A stretch of DNA of 64,000 nucleotides, taken from positions 19,992-83,991 of IMG/VR virus record IMGVR_UViG_3300009159_000056; one strand, 5' to 3'. Below are positions 9,768 to 20,096 of the stretch, piece by piece. Source of the stretch: a virus. Positions within the stretch are counted from its first letter, which is position 1. The number at the start of each line of letters is the position of its first letter. Under the pieces are notes generated by a model. The model had not been told where the DNA came from. It worked only from the letters and a program-made list of their open reading frames with translations, and did no database searches. Both the position numbers and the translations under genes were made by a program.

Positions 9768-12700
9768 TTACACTACCAAGCTCGTTCCAGTTAATGCGAC
9801 CGTAACGTCGCCTCTTAGATAATGGGTTTCGCCAGCGCCAGTTCTCGCTTCTGTTAAGTCGATATTCGCACCACCAGAAGTTAATGATAACGCTAAAGCA
9901 GTTGAATTAACGAAGCTAATGAAGTACGCTGAATTTCCAGTAAGACCACCTACAGCCGAATTACCTGTTGGAACAGTATAGTATATTCTATCATTAAGAG
10001 CAAAATATGTACTTGCTAAACCAAGAGAAATACTGTTTGCAGCACTACTAACACCAGTAGAGTTAGCAGTTATACTATATGGACTAGCGGGCGTCATACG
10101 TAGTCTTACGTTACCAGCATTAATATCAGTGCTGAATGTACCTAACGAATTCGCAGTAGCTAGTTGAGCATATTCAGTAACTAAAGCATTAATTCCGTCA
10201 TGAAGAACTAATAATTTACTTGATTGATAATATTGCCCGCTGGTCATCTGCAAGATATATTCAGCTGATCTGTATGTACCAGCAGCGAAAGCATCTGCTG
10301 TGTGCACTAAAGTAGTATTGGCTTGAACAAGATATTTCGTAGAATATAGTTGAGAAACACTATTAATAGTAACGTTTGACACAGCTATATTAGCAGAAAA
10401 AGTAGCATTACTGTTAAAAGTAGCGTTACCGGAGAAAGTAGAGTTAGCAGTAAATATATTATTGGCTGCTGTAGTATTAGAAGTAAACGAAGCTAGACCA
10501 GTAATATAAACATTACCAGAGAAAGTAGAGTTAGCTGCTACACCAAGAGTATTACTTACAGTAATGTTATTAGCTAAAATACTATTTGATGACAATTCCC
10601 AACGTAGTGTACTATTACCAAGTAGAACAGCGTTAGTTGATGGCATAGTATTACCAAACGAAACAGAATTTGTTACTGTAACAGGATTAGCGAAATTAGC
10701 GCCCATTGCCCACAAAGTAAATCTTTTAGTTGTACTACCAAGATTAATAGAATTAGCGGATGGTATAATGTCGCCAGTAGCACTACTACCTGATGAAGTA
10801 GTTCCAACAACGTTGAAGTTACCTTGAACTGTCAAATCGCCAGCGATGACAGAATTGGTAAAAGCTCCGGAAACTACCAAGTTGCCAGTAATTGAAGTAT
10901 TTCCAGTTACTGTTAAGTTGCCTGCTACTGATGAGTTACCCCCAACACTAACGTTACCAGTTGTAGTAATGTTATTTGTTGATATAGTAGCTACAGAAGT
11001 ACTGTTACCTACAGTAAGTGTGCTTAGAGTACCAACAGTAGTAATACCGGTATAAGAGCCAGACATTCTAGCTGATGGTAAAGTTCCAGTAGTAAGACCA
11101 GCTGCATCTCTACCTGCATTTGTTATGGCGTTCGAGTATGCGGCGTCAGCGTATGCTTTCAAATCGGCAGCAGTATTACCACCAAGATATACAGCGCTGT
11201 TTGCAGCAACTAATGGTTGAGATGCAGTAGTTATAAGACCTGCAATATTAGTTACACTTAGAGTAGATGTGTTAACAAAAGCAAAGGTAGAAGTAGAATT
11301 GCTAAGACTTATGTAAGAAGAGTTAACGAAAGCAAAATTAGTGCTGTTGCCAGTTCTGAAAGAAGAAGTATTCGCAGTAGTATTAATCGTAGAATTGCCA
11401 ACGTTAAACCCGATAGCACTATTAGTTGTAATACTGATATTACTGTTTACTACGCTAACGTCGCCGCTGATCGTTACGAGGTTACTAAAGGTAGCGTTAC
11501 CTGTTACTGCAATAGTATTTGATATTACGACGTTGCCTGTTACAGTCATTTGGTTGCTGAAAGCAGCATTGCCAGTTACTGCAATAGTATTGCTAAAAGT
11601 AGCATTGCCTGTAACGGCTATTAAGTTACTGAAGGTAGCATTACCTGTTACTGCAATAGAGTTGCTAAAAGTTGCATTACCTGTGGCTGCTATCGAATTA
11701 CTAAAGGTAGCATTGCCGGTAACGGATATAGTATTTGATAGGGTAGCATTTCCAGTAACAGCGATTGAGTTACTGAATACGGCGTTACCTGTAGTAGCAA
11801 TAGAGTTACTGAATACGGCGTTACCGGTAACAGCTATCGTATTACTGAAAGTAGCATTGCCAGTAATAGCTATACTATTTGAACCTGTGATAGAACTATT
11901 AACGGTAAGCGTACCATCAACGATACCGCCAGGCATTCTTAGATTGCCACCACTATCAGTAAGTGTTACTGTACCAAGATAAATTGTAGAACCTGAAACG
12001 TATAATGAAGCCCAGCGATTGGAAGAGTTACCGAGGTTGTAAAGGTTATTTGTTTTTGGAATAAGGTTAGAGTCAACCGTTACTACACTGATACTGTTTG
12101 CAATAGTAGTAACGCCACCGATTCTAACGTTAGCAGAAACGTTAGCTGTACCAGTAACAGTAAGTCTAGCATCAGGCGCTGTATTGTTAATACCAACATT
12201 ACCGCCAGAAGTAATTTTTACTCTTTGATTTTCAATAAATGTACCATTAGTGAAGAAACTGATATAGTTTTCTTCGGCGGTTCCGATAGAAAGGTCGCCA
12301 CCAGAAGCATATAGATATGAGTCACTAGGACCGTTGATAGTCCAATCATCATTCGCCCAATTGGTACTGTTAATACCCATGTCTAAAAACACGCCTTGAT
12401 CGTGCATATCGTTATACACTACAAAGTCAGCAGAAGCATTAGGACCAGTATTATCGTTAGTAGTAGTTGCTTCAATAAATGAATTTACAGAAGCATTAAA
12501 TGTGCCAATCGCCTGTGTTTCTGATACGTAACCAAAAGCAGCATTAACTGAAGTATTACCGATTGTGAGATAATTGTTAACATATGTGTTTGAAACGATA
12601 ACGAGGGCGCTGTTAGTAGAAATATTACCACCAGAAATTTGCGAAGCATATATTAAATTTGAACCTAGAATACCACTGATAAATGCATTACCGTAAGTAA

Positions 12701-12827
12701 CAGCACCACCAGACAATGCGCCAGTAGTTACAACATTACTTGATAATGTTTCAGCTACGTCGTTTACTCTTTGAACGAGAACGCCAAATGATTGCGAATT
12801 TGATACTTGGGAAATTTCTACAGACAT
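9768..12827 (-). CDS. Long fibre-like virion protein with 12-aa tandem repeats
   Basis: About 11 copies of (V/T/A)TGNA(T/V)FSN(T/S)IA; C-terminal YRSAEYILQ...LVLHDG...TEYA domain. Confidence 0.7.
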   Translation of the reverse strand: MSVEISQVSNSQSFGVLVQRVNDVAETLSSNVVTTGALSGGAVTYGNAFISGILGSNLIYASQISGGNISTNSALVIVSNTYVNNYLTIGNTSVNAAFGYVSETQAIGTFNASVNSFIEATTTNDNTGPNASADFVVYNDMHDQGVFLDMGINSTNWANDDWTINGPSDSYLYASGGDLSIGTAEENYISFFTNGTFIENQRVKITSGGNVGINNTAPDARLTVTGTANVSANVRIGGVTTIANSISVVTVDSNLIPKTNNLYNLGNSSNRWASLYVSGSTIYLGTVTLTDSGGNLRMPGGIVDGTLTVNSSITGSNSIAITGNATFSNTIAVTGNAVFSNSIATTGNAVFSNSIAVTGNATLSNTISVTGNATFSNSIAATGNATFSNSIAVTGNATFSNLIAVTGNATFSNTIAVTGNAAFSNQMTVTGNVVISNTIAVTGNATFSNLVTISGDVSVVNSNISITTNSAIGFNVGNSTINTTANTSSFRTGNSTNFAFVNSSYISLSNSTSTFAFVNTSTLSVTNIAGLITTASQPLVAANSAVYLGGNTAADLKAYADAAYSNAITNAGRDAAGLTTGTLPSARMSGSYTGITTVGTLSTLTVGNSTSVATISTNNITTTGNVSVGGNSSVAGNLTVTGNTSITGNLVVSGAFTNSVIAGDLTVQGNFNVVGTTSSGSSATGDIIPSANSINLGSTTKRFTLWAMGANFANPVTVTNSVSFGNTMPSTNAVLLGNSTLRWELSSNSILANNITVSNTLGVAANSTFSGNVYITGLASFTSNTTAANNIFTANSTFSGNATFNSNATFSANIAVSNVTINSVSQLYSTKYLVQANTTLVHTADAFAAGTYRSAEYILQMTSGQYYQSSKLLVLHDGINALVTEYAQLATANSLGTFSTDINAGNVRLRMTPASPYSITANSTGVSSAANSISLGLASTYFALNDRIYYTVPTGNSAVGGLTGNSAYFISFVNSTALALSLTSGGANIDLTEARTGAGETHYLRGDVTVALTGTSLVV
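11480..11880 (-). repeat. Degenerate 36-nt coding tandem repeat
   Basis: Period-36 repeat encoding TGNATFSNSIAV; synonymous positions diverged; boundaries approximate. Confidence 0.85.
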
Positions 12828-12830
12828 TTA

Positions 12831-13046
12831 TTACATTTTTCCTAATAGAGTTCTTAGCATATCTTTAATTTCATTAATATCATTTTTCATGGTATCATGT
12901 TCCTTAACGACTGTAGCCATTTTTAACTTATACTCACGTTCTAACTTATATTTATTGAGTTCGTTATTATCGCAATTTACAATACCCTTGCTACCTTTTT
13001 GACGAAGTAGATTTTTGTGATCTTGTACTCTTAAATACTCAACCAT
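12831..13046 (-). CDS. Conserved small T4-like protein
   Basis: RVQDHKNLLR...IVN...INEIKDML pattern, typically found after the DUF4815-type gene. Confidence 0.65.
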   Translation of the reverse strand: MVEYLRVQDHKNLLRQKGSKGIVNCDNNELNKYKLEREYKLKMATVVKEHDTMKNDINEIKDMLRTLLGKM

Positions 13047-13047
13047 A

Positions 13048-15564
13048 TTACACCTGCAATGCTATTGCTCTCATATCTTTCGCTCTTGGAAAGACCGCTG
13101 TTCCTTCAGAAACAGGAACAATCTTAATAGCGAAAGATTTATATGAATCGAATATAGCGTATTTATTATTCATGTATCTAACGATATTACTGTTATCGCT
13201 GAACACAAAAGCTTGGCGCTTGTCGATAAGATCTGGAATCACGCCAAACGCTGCATTAGCAATATCAAATGGAGGGGTTTCTTCCAAACGAACCTTAGTA
13301 GTATCAGCAGCATTAATTCTGATTATTTTACCAGTAAAAAATTTAGTCGATTCGATATCTTTTAAATATATAATATCATTTTGATTAATTTGTTCTGAAG
13401 AACTGATAGTAATCCAATTACTTGTAGAATTACATGTGCAAGAATTAGCAAATAGTTCTACGCTTCTTGGTAAACCATATTCTAGTTCGAGGAAATCATC
13501 AACGTTCGCAGTACTACTTAACATTGAAGGTGATGATATTTCTACAAGTTTAGTCCAGTATTTGCTATCAAATTTTTGTACATCTTCTCTGTTTTGAAAT
13601 CTTGCATATACTAAGAAATCTGTAGTTGCAGGACGGTAAGCAGTTAGGAAAACACGAATGTCTTCGGCGTCTTGACCTTCAGCAAGAACAACGTTCTTCG
13701 AAATATAACGAGAAGTTCCTGTATAGTTTGCATTGTAATTTTCGCTAAAATAACTATATTCTTGTGCAATAGTATTGACAGAATAATCATCTGTTTTTAA
13801 CAAATCATAACTTGAATTGGCTGTAAAAAATCCTGTAACGTCAGTAATAACGATTAAATTCGGTGTTACGTTATCAACATATCCTCTTCCAGATACGTGG
13901 CCAGTACTATCATTTTTCTGCATGATATAATCACCAATAGTAAATGGATTATCTTCCACTACCATTTTAAATCCATAAAGCTTTTCTTTTGGCACGATTT
14001 GATTAGAAGTAAACGTTGCCATTCTAGAAGCGCCGACGTCGATATATGGCGAAATTTTATTGTTTGACGTAGTCATTGCAGAATAAACTTGAATAGTAGT
14101 ATCACCTTTTCTGCCAGGAGGTAATGCATTATACTCATTACTTCTTGACATTAGTGATCTTGGATAATCATACAATTCTTTTTCAACATTATTAGTAAGT
14201 GGGATAGGTTCAGAATCCATTGTTTTATTTGGACCACTAGCACCAACAAACGACCAAGAAGTATTAGTTTGTGGAGGCGCTATGTCAGCAAATTGAGGAA
14301 CAATAGCGGTGTAAGAGCTATTATATACGCTAGTAACTTTAATAGATGCGCCGGAAACAAGACCAATAATATACTTTCCTCTAGAATTACTGAAATTTAC
14401 AGTAGTATTAGAAGTAACGTTGTCTACGATAAATTTAACGACGTTTGGATTTATCGGATCATCTTCAATTTTTATCCCACCATATAGTAATTCTGCTCCA
14501 CCCAGGCCACCAGCTCCGCCTCTGATAGCTCCAAATAAACAGTTGCCGTCAGAAAATCTAGCATTCGCACGAATTCTTAAAGTAGTGCCATCAATTATTT
14601 CAGTTACTGTACCAACCTGTATAGTTGAACGATCATTTGCTCCAACAAAAATTAATTGGTTTGTTGCAGAAGAAAATGTATTAGTAAAAGGAACAGTAAT
14701 AGTGTTCGAACCTGCTGTAGTAATTACGCTGTCATAAACCGAGGTGATGACAGCGTTCGCATTAGAAACAAACCCCTTTACTTGATATGAAGTAACAAAG
14801 GTACCAACACAATTTGTTAGTTTAAGATTAGTTTGATTAGCAGTCGCTATAACAGCTGTTGCAACATTACTACCAGTACTGTTAGCTTGAAATATTTTCT
14901 CACCAACAGTAAATGCTCCTGTATTAGAAGACATAATCAATCTAGCGAAACTGTAGTTGTTATTAGATACCACTACTCGTTCTCTAGGATAAAAACTACC
15001 GATTTTTTCTTTGCCCATTATATAATCTGATCTTTTTGATGTAAATGCTGCTACACCAGAAGTAGCTGTAAAATCAGCTCTGTATAATTTAAATTTTATA
15101 TCTTCTGTTTGAACTGCAGTAAATTGAAGATCATTAGATGATAAGAATAAAGTACCAGTATCATTATTAGTTTTGATTGGGCTACCAGTCGTTACGTCGA
15201 TAGCAGGTGCGTCTTTCGTGCCAATTATATCAGCTGTCCAAATAGTATAATCTGGGTTACCGCCGTCTGGTATAATTACAATTGCATATGAAGTACCAGA
15301 ATGTAAAAATAATGGAGCATTAAAAGGTACATATGTTGAAACAGAAGCGTCATCGCTAATTTTAACGTCGGCAGCAGCTAATTTAGTTCTACCAAGAGGA
15401 AGAACGTATTTTGTTGGATTGCCATTATCTGTATCGCGAATTTCTACTGTAATACCTAAACTATCGCTTTTAGATGCAAAAAATAATTCAAGGCTGGTTA
15501 AATAAATGCCAGCAACACCGTTATCAGGTTCGTTAACATAAAATGTTTGTGCAATTGGTTTCAT
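13048..15564 (-). CDS. Virion structural protein corresponding to the C-terminal part of DUF4815/VrlC-like proteins
   Basis: Starts PIAQTF; GTLFLSSN...EDIKFKLYRADF; SRYISKNVVL...EDIRVFLTAYRP; ends FAIKIV...PRAKDMRAIAL. Confidence 0.7.
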   Translation of the reverse strand: MKPIAQTFYVNEPDNGVAGIYLTSLELFFASKSDSLGITVEIRDTDNGNPTKYVLPLGRTKLAAADVKISDDASVSTYVPFNAPLFLHSGTSYAIVIIPDGGNPDYTIWTADIIGTKDAPAIDVTTGSPIKTNNDTGTLFLSSNDLQFTAVQTEDIKFKLYRADFTATSGVAAFTSKRSDYIMGKEKIGSFYPRERVVVSNNNYSFARLIMSSNTGAFTVGEKIFQANSTGSNVATAVIATANQTNLKLTNCVGTFVTSYQVKGFVSNANAVITSVYDSVITTAGSNTITVPFTNTFSSATNQLIFVGANDRSTIQVGTVTEIIDGTTLRIRANARFSDGNCLFGAIRGGAGGLGGAELLYGGIKIEDDPINPNVVKFIVDNVTSNTTVNFSNSRGKYIIGLVSGASIKVTSVYNSSYTAIVPQFADIAPPQTNTSWSFVGASGPNKTMDSEPIPLTNNVEKELYDYPRSLMSRSNEYNALPPGRKGDTTIQVYSAMTTSNNKISPYIDVGASRMATFTSNQIVPKEKLYGFKMVVEDNPFTIGDYIMQKNDSTGHVSGRGYVDNVTPNLIVITDVTGFFTANSSYDLLKTDDYSVNTIAQEYSYFSENYNANYTGTSRYISKNVVLAEGQDAEDIRVFLTAYRPATTDFLVYARFQNREDVQKFDSKYWTKLVEISSPSMLSSTANVDDFLELEYGLPRSVELFANSCTCNSTSNWITISSSEQINQNDIIYLKDIESTKFFTGKIIRINAADTTKVRLEETPPFDIANAAFGVIPDLIDKRQAFVFSDNSNIVRYMNNKYAIFDSYKSFAIKIVPVSEGTAVFPRAKDMRAIALQV

Positions 15565-15597
15565 TTTTTTACCTTCTATGAATACTTTATATTTATC

Positions 15598-18500
15598 TTA
15601 TTCATCGCCATCATCGTCATCATCATCATCATCATCATCATCTTCGCCCTCGCATGAGCAATCATCATCGTCACCATCATCATCTTCATCCCCATATGCA
15701 CTTTCTATGCCGCCACCACTAGATTCCCATGCGCTTGCAGTATAGTCTGAAACATCTTTAGTTTCTGTTACTGTTGTAGGGGTTACTACTGTATTATTAT
15801 TAACGACACTAGTATTATTAACAACGTTAGTAACTGTAGTATGATTTTCTGTTATGTGATTAGTTATGTTATTAGTTATGTTATTGGTAACTCTGTTATC
15901 ATTGAATATGTTAATTACAGGTTCAATTTTTGGACCCTGCTCAACTTCTAATGTAACATTGTTATCTGTTGTAGTAGTTTTAATTTCTTTTTCATCATAT
16001 ACTTCATGGGAAGATAAAACAACATCTCTTGTACGTAGGGTTGCTTGTCCTTTACCAACAGAAAGTTTGCTAGCATAATATGTACCAATCGCTTGTGTAG
16101 TGATGTTATTAAATTTAGTAGTTAAATTATCAACATCACAAAGCATAAAGGTCAATTCTTCTGCTTGGAACTGGCTAGGAGGAATCAGAAAATAACCATA
16201 GATAGTACCATCATTACCAACCTTTAGAGGAGCGCCGCCACCAGCTATGTACTCTCTTGAACCGACAGTAAAATACAAATCTGTTAACATACACCAACCA
16301 GTAACGTCGATGTTATTGAAATATGCATAAAGTCTAGCTCCAGGCTTCAATCCAGTAGCGCTAAATTTTATTCTTGCACTTTGGATGTAAGGCATTATAC
16401 TTACATCTGTAACAAATTCTCCAAGTTTAATGTCAGTAGTTTTAGGAGCAGTAAGATCTAATATAGTGCCAGTTGTAGTTTGTTTAGTTGTAGTAGTGGT
16501 GGTAGTTTTTTGGTTAAACGTTTTATAAACATTACCTTGAGCGTCAGTTTGTCTACTAGTTTCTGTTTTATCGCCAACAGAAGGTGTAGATTTAGAAGAA
16601 TTAGGAACAGTTTCCCAATTACCCCATTGAGTACCCCAAGCCTTCTTTAGATTAATCCAGTTCGAAGCTAAATCTAACGTATCACTAACAGTTGGAGTAT
16701 CTTTTAATGATGGCGATGTTTGATAATTTGGTGTTAAAGTTACACTAGATTTATAAACGAATATATTTCCTTCAACACAATTACGGACCTTGCTAGCATA
16801 ATTTTGCGCAATCCATCCTACCTGTTTATAATTTAACATTACGTATGGTCCAACCTGGACAGTATTAACGCTTAATTCTGGATCGTAATCAAAAACTTCT
16901 TGTCTTTGTGCAAATCTTGGACGAAGCTCTCCTTTGGAAATACTAATATTATAATTTGGATCTAAAGTATCTCCAACATCATGTCCGTTAAATGGGTCAA
17001 CAAGCATACCGTTTTTAAAACGATTTAGACCTGTAGTATCATTTTTAACCAACATATTTGAAGTTGATTGTTCAAGAAGATTAAGCGATGTATAATATTC
17101 TAAGTTATCAATTCTCTGCGCCAACGTGCCAATTTCTTGCATCGTGTAGCGTTTATTTTGAGTAATCTTAGTAGTGATAGAATAATCATATCTATCAAGC
17201 AGTTTAGCTTGTCTTGGTGTCAAAGAAGGATATGGCGGTATAGTTATTATACCGAGAGCCATAGTTCCAGTAGGTTTAACTGGTGGAGAAGGTCTTGCAT
17301 TTGATACGCCTTCAACTATTTTAAACTGACCTTTAATATCAATTACTGCAAGATCTTTTCTTGGTAGATAATGCACAACGTCTGCTGACCAATTTGAATC
17401 AGGAGAAGGCAGATAAGAGCCAGCTGGAAGAATATCTAATCCAACGTTGACAGGGTTTACAGATGCGCTAGCTTCATTTTGAGTAACAGTAGAAACATTT
17501 TGAACGAAAGGACGGAAGTCTACGCAGTCTCTAAGATCATAAGTTATGTTTTTTCTAGATACTACTTTTGGAATTTCTGCAGTAGTAATAGCTGTAGTGT
17601 TTGCAAGATTAACATCATCAATAGGATATGAATTGGCAGTGAAGAATCCAACGCCTTGTGATCTATCATGAGTAAATAAGTTTAAATCAATTAACATAGT
17701 TGATTTAGCTGACAATACTCCTGTTGAGCCTGTCTTCAATCTTATGTAACTATAACCATATACATTTTCTGATTGATTGTCTTCAAAAATAAATCCGCTT
17801 GATGAATCAGGAGCATTAGTAGAATTAGCGTATGTGTCTTCGACATTAGAAATATAAATGCCATTAATTTTTTGTACGTCGCCAAGACCTAATGACCATG
17901 TTGGGAAAATAGCGCCATTACCATTAGGATGCGTTTTGCAATTAATCTTAACGAATGCATTTTTGACAATATTTTTCTTAATCGAAATAGCATTAGTTCT
18001 TTTAATATCGTGGTAAATTGCAGTTGATAAAGTAGTTAATAATGTGTCACCTAGAGTATAGGTAGCAGTGCTACCAGAAATACTAATTGATCTGTTAGGC
18101 TGAGTAAAATCAATTGGAATGCCAGATATAAATGCTTTGTAGTGAGCGTTCGCACTAACACTGGTTTCAAGACCAGTTTTTAATGTTATTTGGCTGGCGC
18201 TATCAACACTAGCAATTTCATAATATTCGCCATTAATACGGATCATATCACCAGATCTGTATTCAGTATCGAAATGAGGTGAGCTAGTTGCAGTTATTGT
18301 TGTAGCGCCACTACTAGCAGTAATATTACCTGATTTTACTGTAGAAACAGCATTTGCTGTTGGTATTACGACGAATGATTCTGCTTCTGCTCTAGAAATT
18401 GGATCGCCTGAAACATTAAATTGTTCTGCACCAGAGCCATCTACTGGACTTGGCAAATTAGAAGTCATAATGCCAGTAGTTTGAATAGAAGATGTTGCTT

Positions 18501-20088
18501 TATTTCTATAAACATAAGATGCAGCGGTAATACCGTCTGGTTTAACAGCCGACTGACCCATTGGGAAAATCAAAGTATTCAACATTGGTTCTTGGACACT
18601 AGAAATATCTGCATCAAGAGTAGCATTTTTAGTTGGGATAATGTCTGCAACAGCTCTTACTGCGCCATTATAACGTATGATGCTTTTAACATTAGCAAAA
18701 TTTTGACCATTATCCATAATGATACCAGTCAAGTATAATCTATATACAGCGTCTGCTGTACCAATTATACCAGATTCATATGCTACGCCTTTTACGATAG
18801 CTTCACCAATTTTAGCTGTACCGTGAGCTACACCGAGATATTCGCGCCCGCTAACAGCTGTCTTATAAGCATTACCATGAAGTTCAACTGTAGCGATATT
18901 TTCTGAATCGAAATCGCCACAAAATTCTTTAACGTAAACATAATTACCATAGTTTGCGCTAAGTGTTTGTTGTGAAATAAGCTCTGTATCAGTGCCTTTT
19001 CTTAGATTAATTCTATTATTGTTAACATACTCAACTCTATAACCTTCTACGTAACCAATACCTCTTGATGATAGAAGGTTTACGTAATCATGATAGTTAA
19101 CATCGTCTGCATTTTTTGCACTGGTAGAAAGCAAAAATGGTGAAACAATATAATTACCATTAGTTTCATATGTTCTTTTAGCTAACTGTTTACCAAGAGC
19201 GGCATATTCGGCTGTATCCTTGATACTTACAGGAACGCCATCTTTAAAATCTACAAGAGAGAAAAATGAAGTATTACTAGTAGCTTCAGTAGTAACAGCT
19301 GTATAAAGAGTTGGAATTAATTGCAAGCGGTGAGCGCCTGGTGCAGCATAGTTAGGTGCGCCAGCGGCATTATCTAACAATGAAGTATCAGCTTCTGGAG
19401 TAACAATATTTTCAATACTATTAAAACCAATTGAAATATTGTTTGGAGAATTGCTATATTTTGATACAATTAATGTTTGTGGTCTTACATTAACGAAGAA
19501 ACCTTTTTGGAAAATTACACCCTGTGTAGTTGTGAAGGCGTACCCCTTACCGGTAGACGCTATAACAGTTGCAACAGTAATGTTACCTACAATTGAAGTG
19601 GTATTTGCAGGATCTGTATTGCCCGATAGTACAAGTACTTCATTATTAGAAAATATATTTTGGATACTTCCGTTAGGGAAAGTACCAACGTTATTGTATT
19701 TGATGTAAATGGTATTAAGGTCTGGGTCTCTAGCAGAAAATCCTGATGCAGTATTAACGATGATAGCTGTTAGGCCATTAGTATTATAAACATATCTACT
19801 TTGAAAGTCAGATATGTTAGCGATAGCTGTACCATTAGAATATGCATCATTAATTTTTACATAATCATAGTTTTTATCGAAAGTAAAAGAACAACCTTCA
19901 ATTACCGAACCTTCTGTGAAAATATGACGACCAAATTTATCAATTTGGTCTTGCAAAATAGTTTGCATCTGATTAAGTTCACGAGTTTGTACGGCTGTTC
20001 CTGGTCTGTAAAGAACTCTATAAAAGTTCTTATCGACAGCAAAATCATCATAATAAGGACTACGTGATAAGTCTGTTTGTAATGCCAT
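15598..20088 (-). CDS. DUF4815/VrlC-like large virion protein (N-terminal part)
   Basis: SPYYDDF...FYRVLYRPG.AVQTRELNQMQTILQDQI; APGAHRL; KRYTMQEIGTLAQRIDNLEYYTSLNLLE; RFKNGMLVDPF. Confidence 0.8.
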   Translation of the reverse strand: MALQTDLSRSPYYDDFAVDKNFYRVLYRPGTAVQTRELNQMQTILQDQIDKFGRHIFTEGSVIEGCSFTFDKNYDYVKINDAYSNGTAIANISDFQSRYVYNTNGLTAIIVNTASGFSARDPDLNTIYIKYNNVGTFPNGSIQNIFSNNEVLVLSGNTDPANTTSIVGNITVATVIASTGKGYAFTTTQGVIFQKGFFVNVRPQTLIVSKYSNSPNNISIGFNSIENIVTPEADTSLLDNAAGAPNYAAPGAHRLQLIPTLYTAVTTEATSNTSFFSLVDFKDGVPVSIKDTAEYAALGKQLAKRTYETNGNYIVSPFLLSTSAKNADDVNYHDYVNLLSSRGIGYVEGYRVEYVNNNRINLRKGTDTELISQQTLSANYGNYVYVKEFCGDFDSENIATVELHGNAYKTAVSGREYLGVAHGTAKIGEAIVKGVAYESGIIGTADAVYRLYLTGIIMDNGQNFANVKSIIRYNGAVRAVADIIPTKNATLDADISSVQEPMLNTLIFPMGQSAVKPDGITAASYVYRNKATSSIQTTGIMTSNLPSPVDGSGAEQFNVSGDPISRAEAESFVVIPTANAVSTVKSGNITASSGATTITATSSPHFDTEYRSGDMIRINGEYYEIASVDSASQITLKTGLETSVSANAHYKAFISGIPIDFTQPNRSISISGSTATYTLGDTLLTTLSTAIYHDIKRTNAISIKKNIVKNAFVKINCKTHPNGNGAIFPTWSLGLGDVQKINGIYISNVEDTYANSTNAPDSSSGFIFEDNQSENVYGYSYIRLKTGSTGVLSAKSTMLIDLNLFTHDRSQGVGFFTANSYPIDDVNLANTTAITTAEIPKVVSRKNITYDLRDCVDFRPFVQNVSTVTQNEASASVNPVNVGLDILPAGSYLPSPDSNWSADVVHYLPRKDLAVIDIKGQFKIVEGVSNARPSPPVKPTGTMALGIITIPPYPSLTPRQAKLLDRYDYSITTKITQNKRYTMQEIGTLAQRIDNLEYYTSLNLLEQSTSNMLVKNDTTGLNRFKNGMLVDPFNGHDVGDTLDPNYNISISKGELRPRFAQRQEVFDYDPELSVNTVQVGPYVMLNYKQVGWIAQNYASKVRNCVEGNIFVYKSSVTLTPNYQTSPSLKDTPTVSDTLDLASNWINLKKAWGTQWGNWETVPNSSKSTPSVGDKTETSRQTDAQGNVYKTFNQKTTTTTTTKQTTTGTILDLTAPKTTDIKLGEFVTDVSIMPYIQSARIKFSATGLKPGARLYAYFNNIDVTGWCMLTDLYFTVGSREYIAGGGAPLKVGNDGTIYGYFLIPPSQFQAEELTFMLCDVDNLTTKFNNITTQAIGTYYASKLSVGKGQATLRTRDVVLSSHEVYDEKEIKTTTTDNNVTLEVEQGPKIEPVINIFNDNRVTNNITNNITNHITENHTTVTNVVNNTSVVNNNTVVTPTTVTETKDVSDYTASAWESSGGGIESAYGDEDDDGDDDDCSCEGEDDDDDDDDDDDGDE

Positions 20089-20096
20089 ATTTTCCT

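Noticed and set aside
11480-11880. Possible CRISPR array
   Set aside because: Repeats are contiguous, degenerate at codon third positions and have no spacers.
11341-11982. 213-aa plus-strand repetitive ORF
   Set aside because: Antisense shadow of the 12-aa repeat fibre gene.
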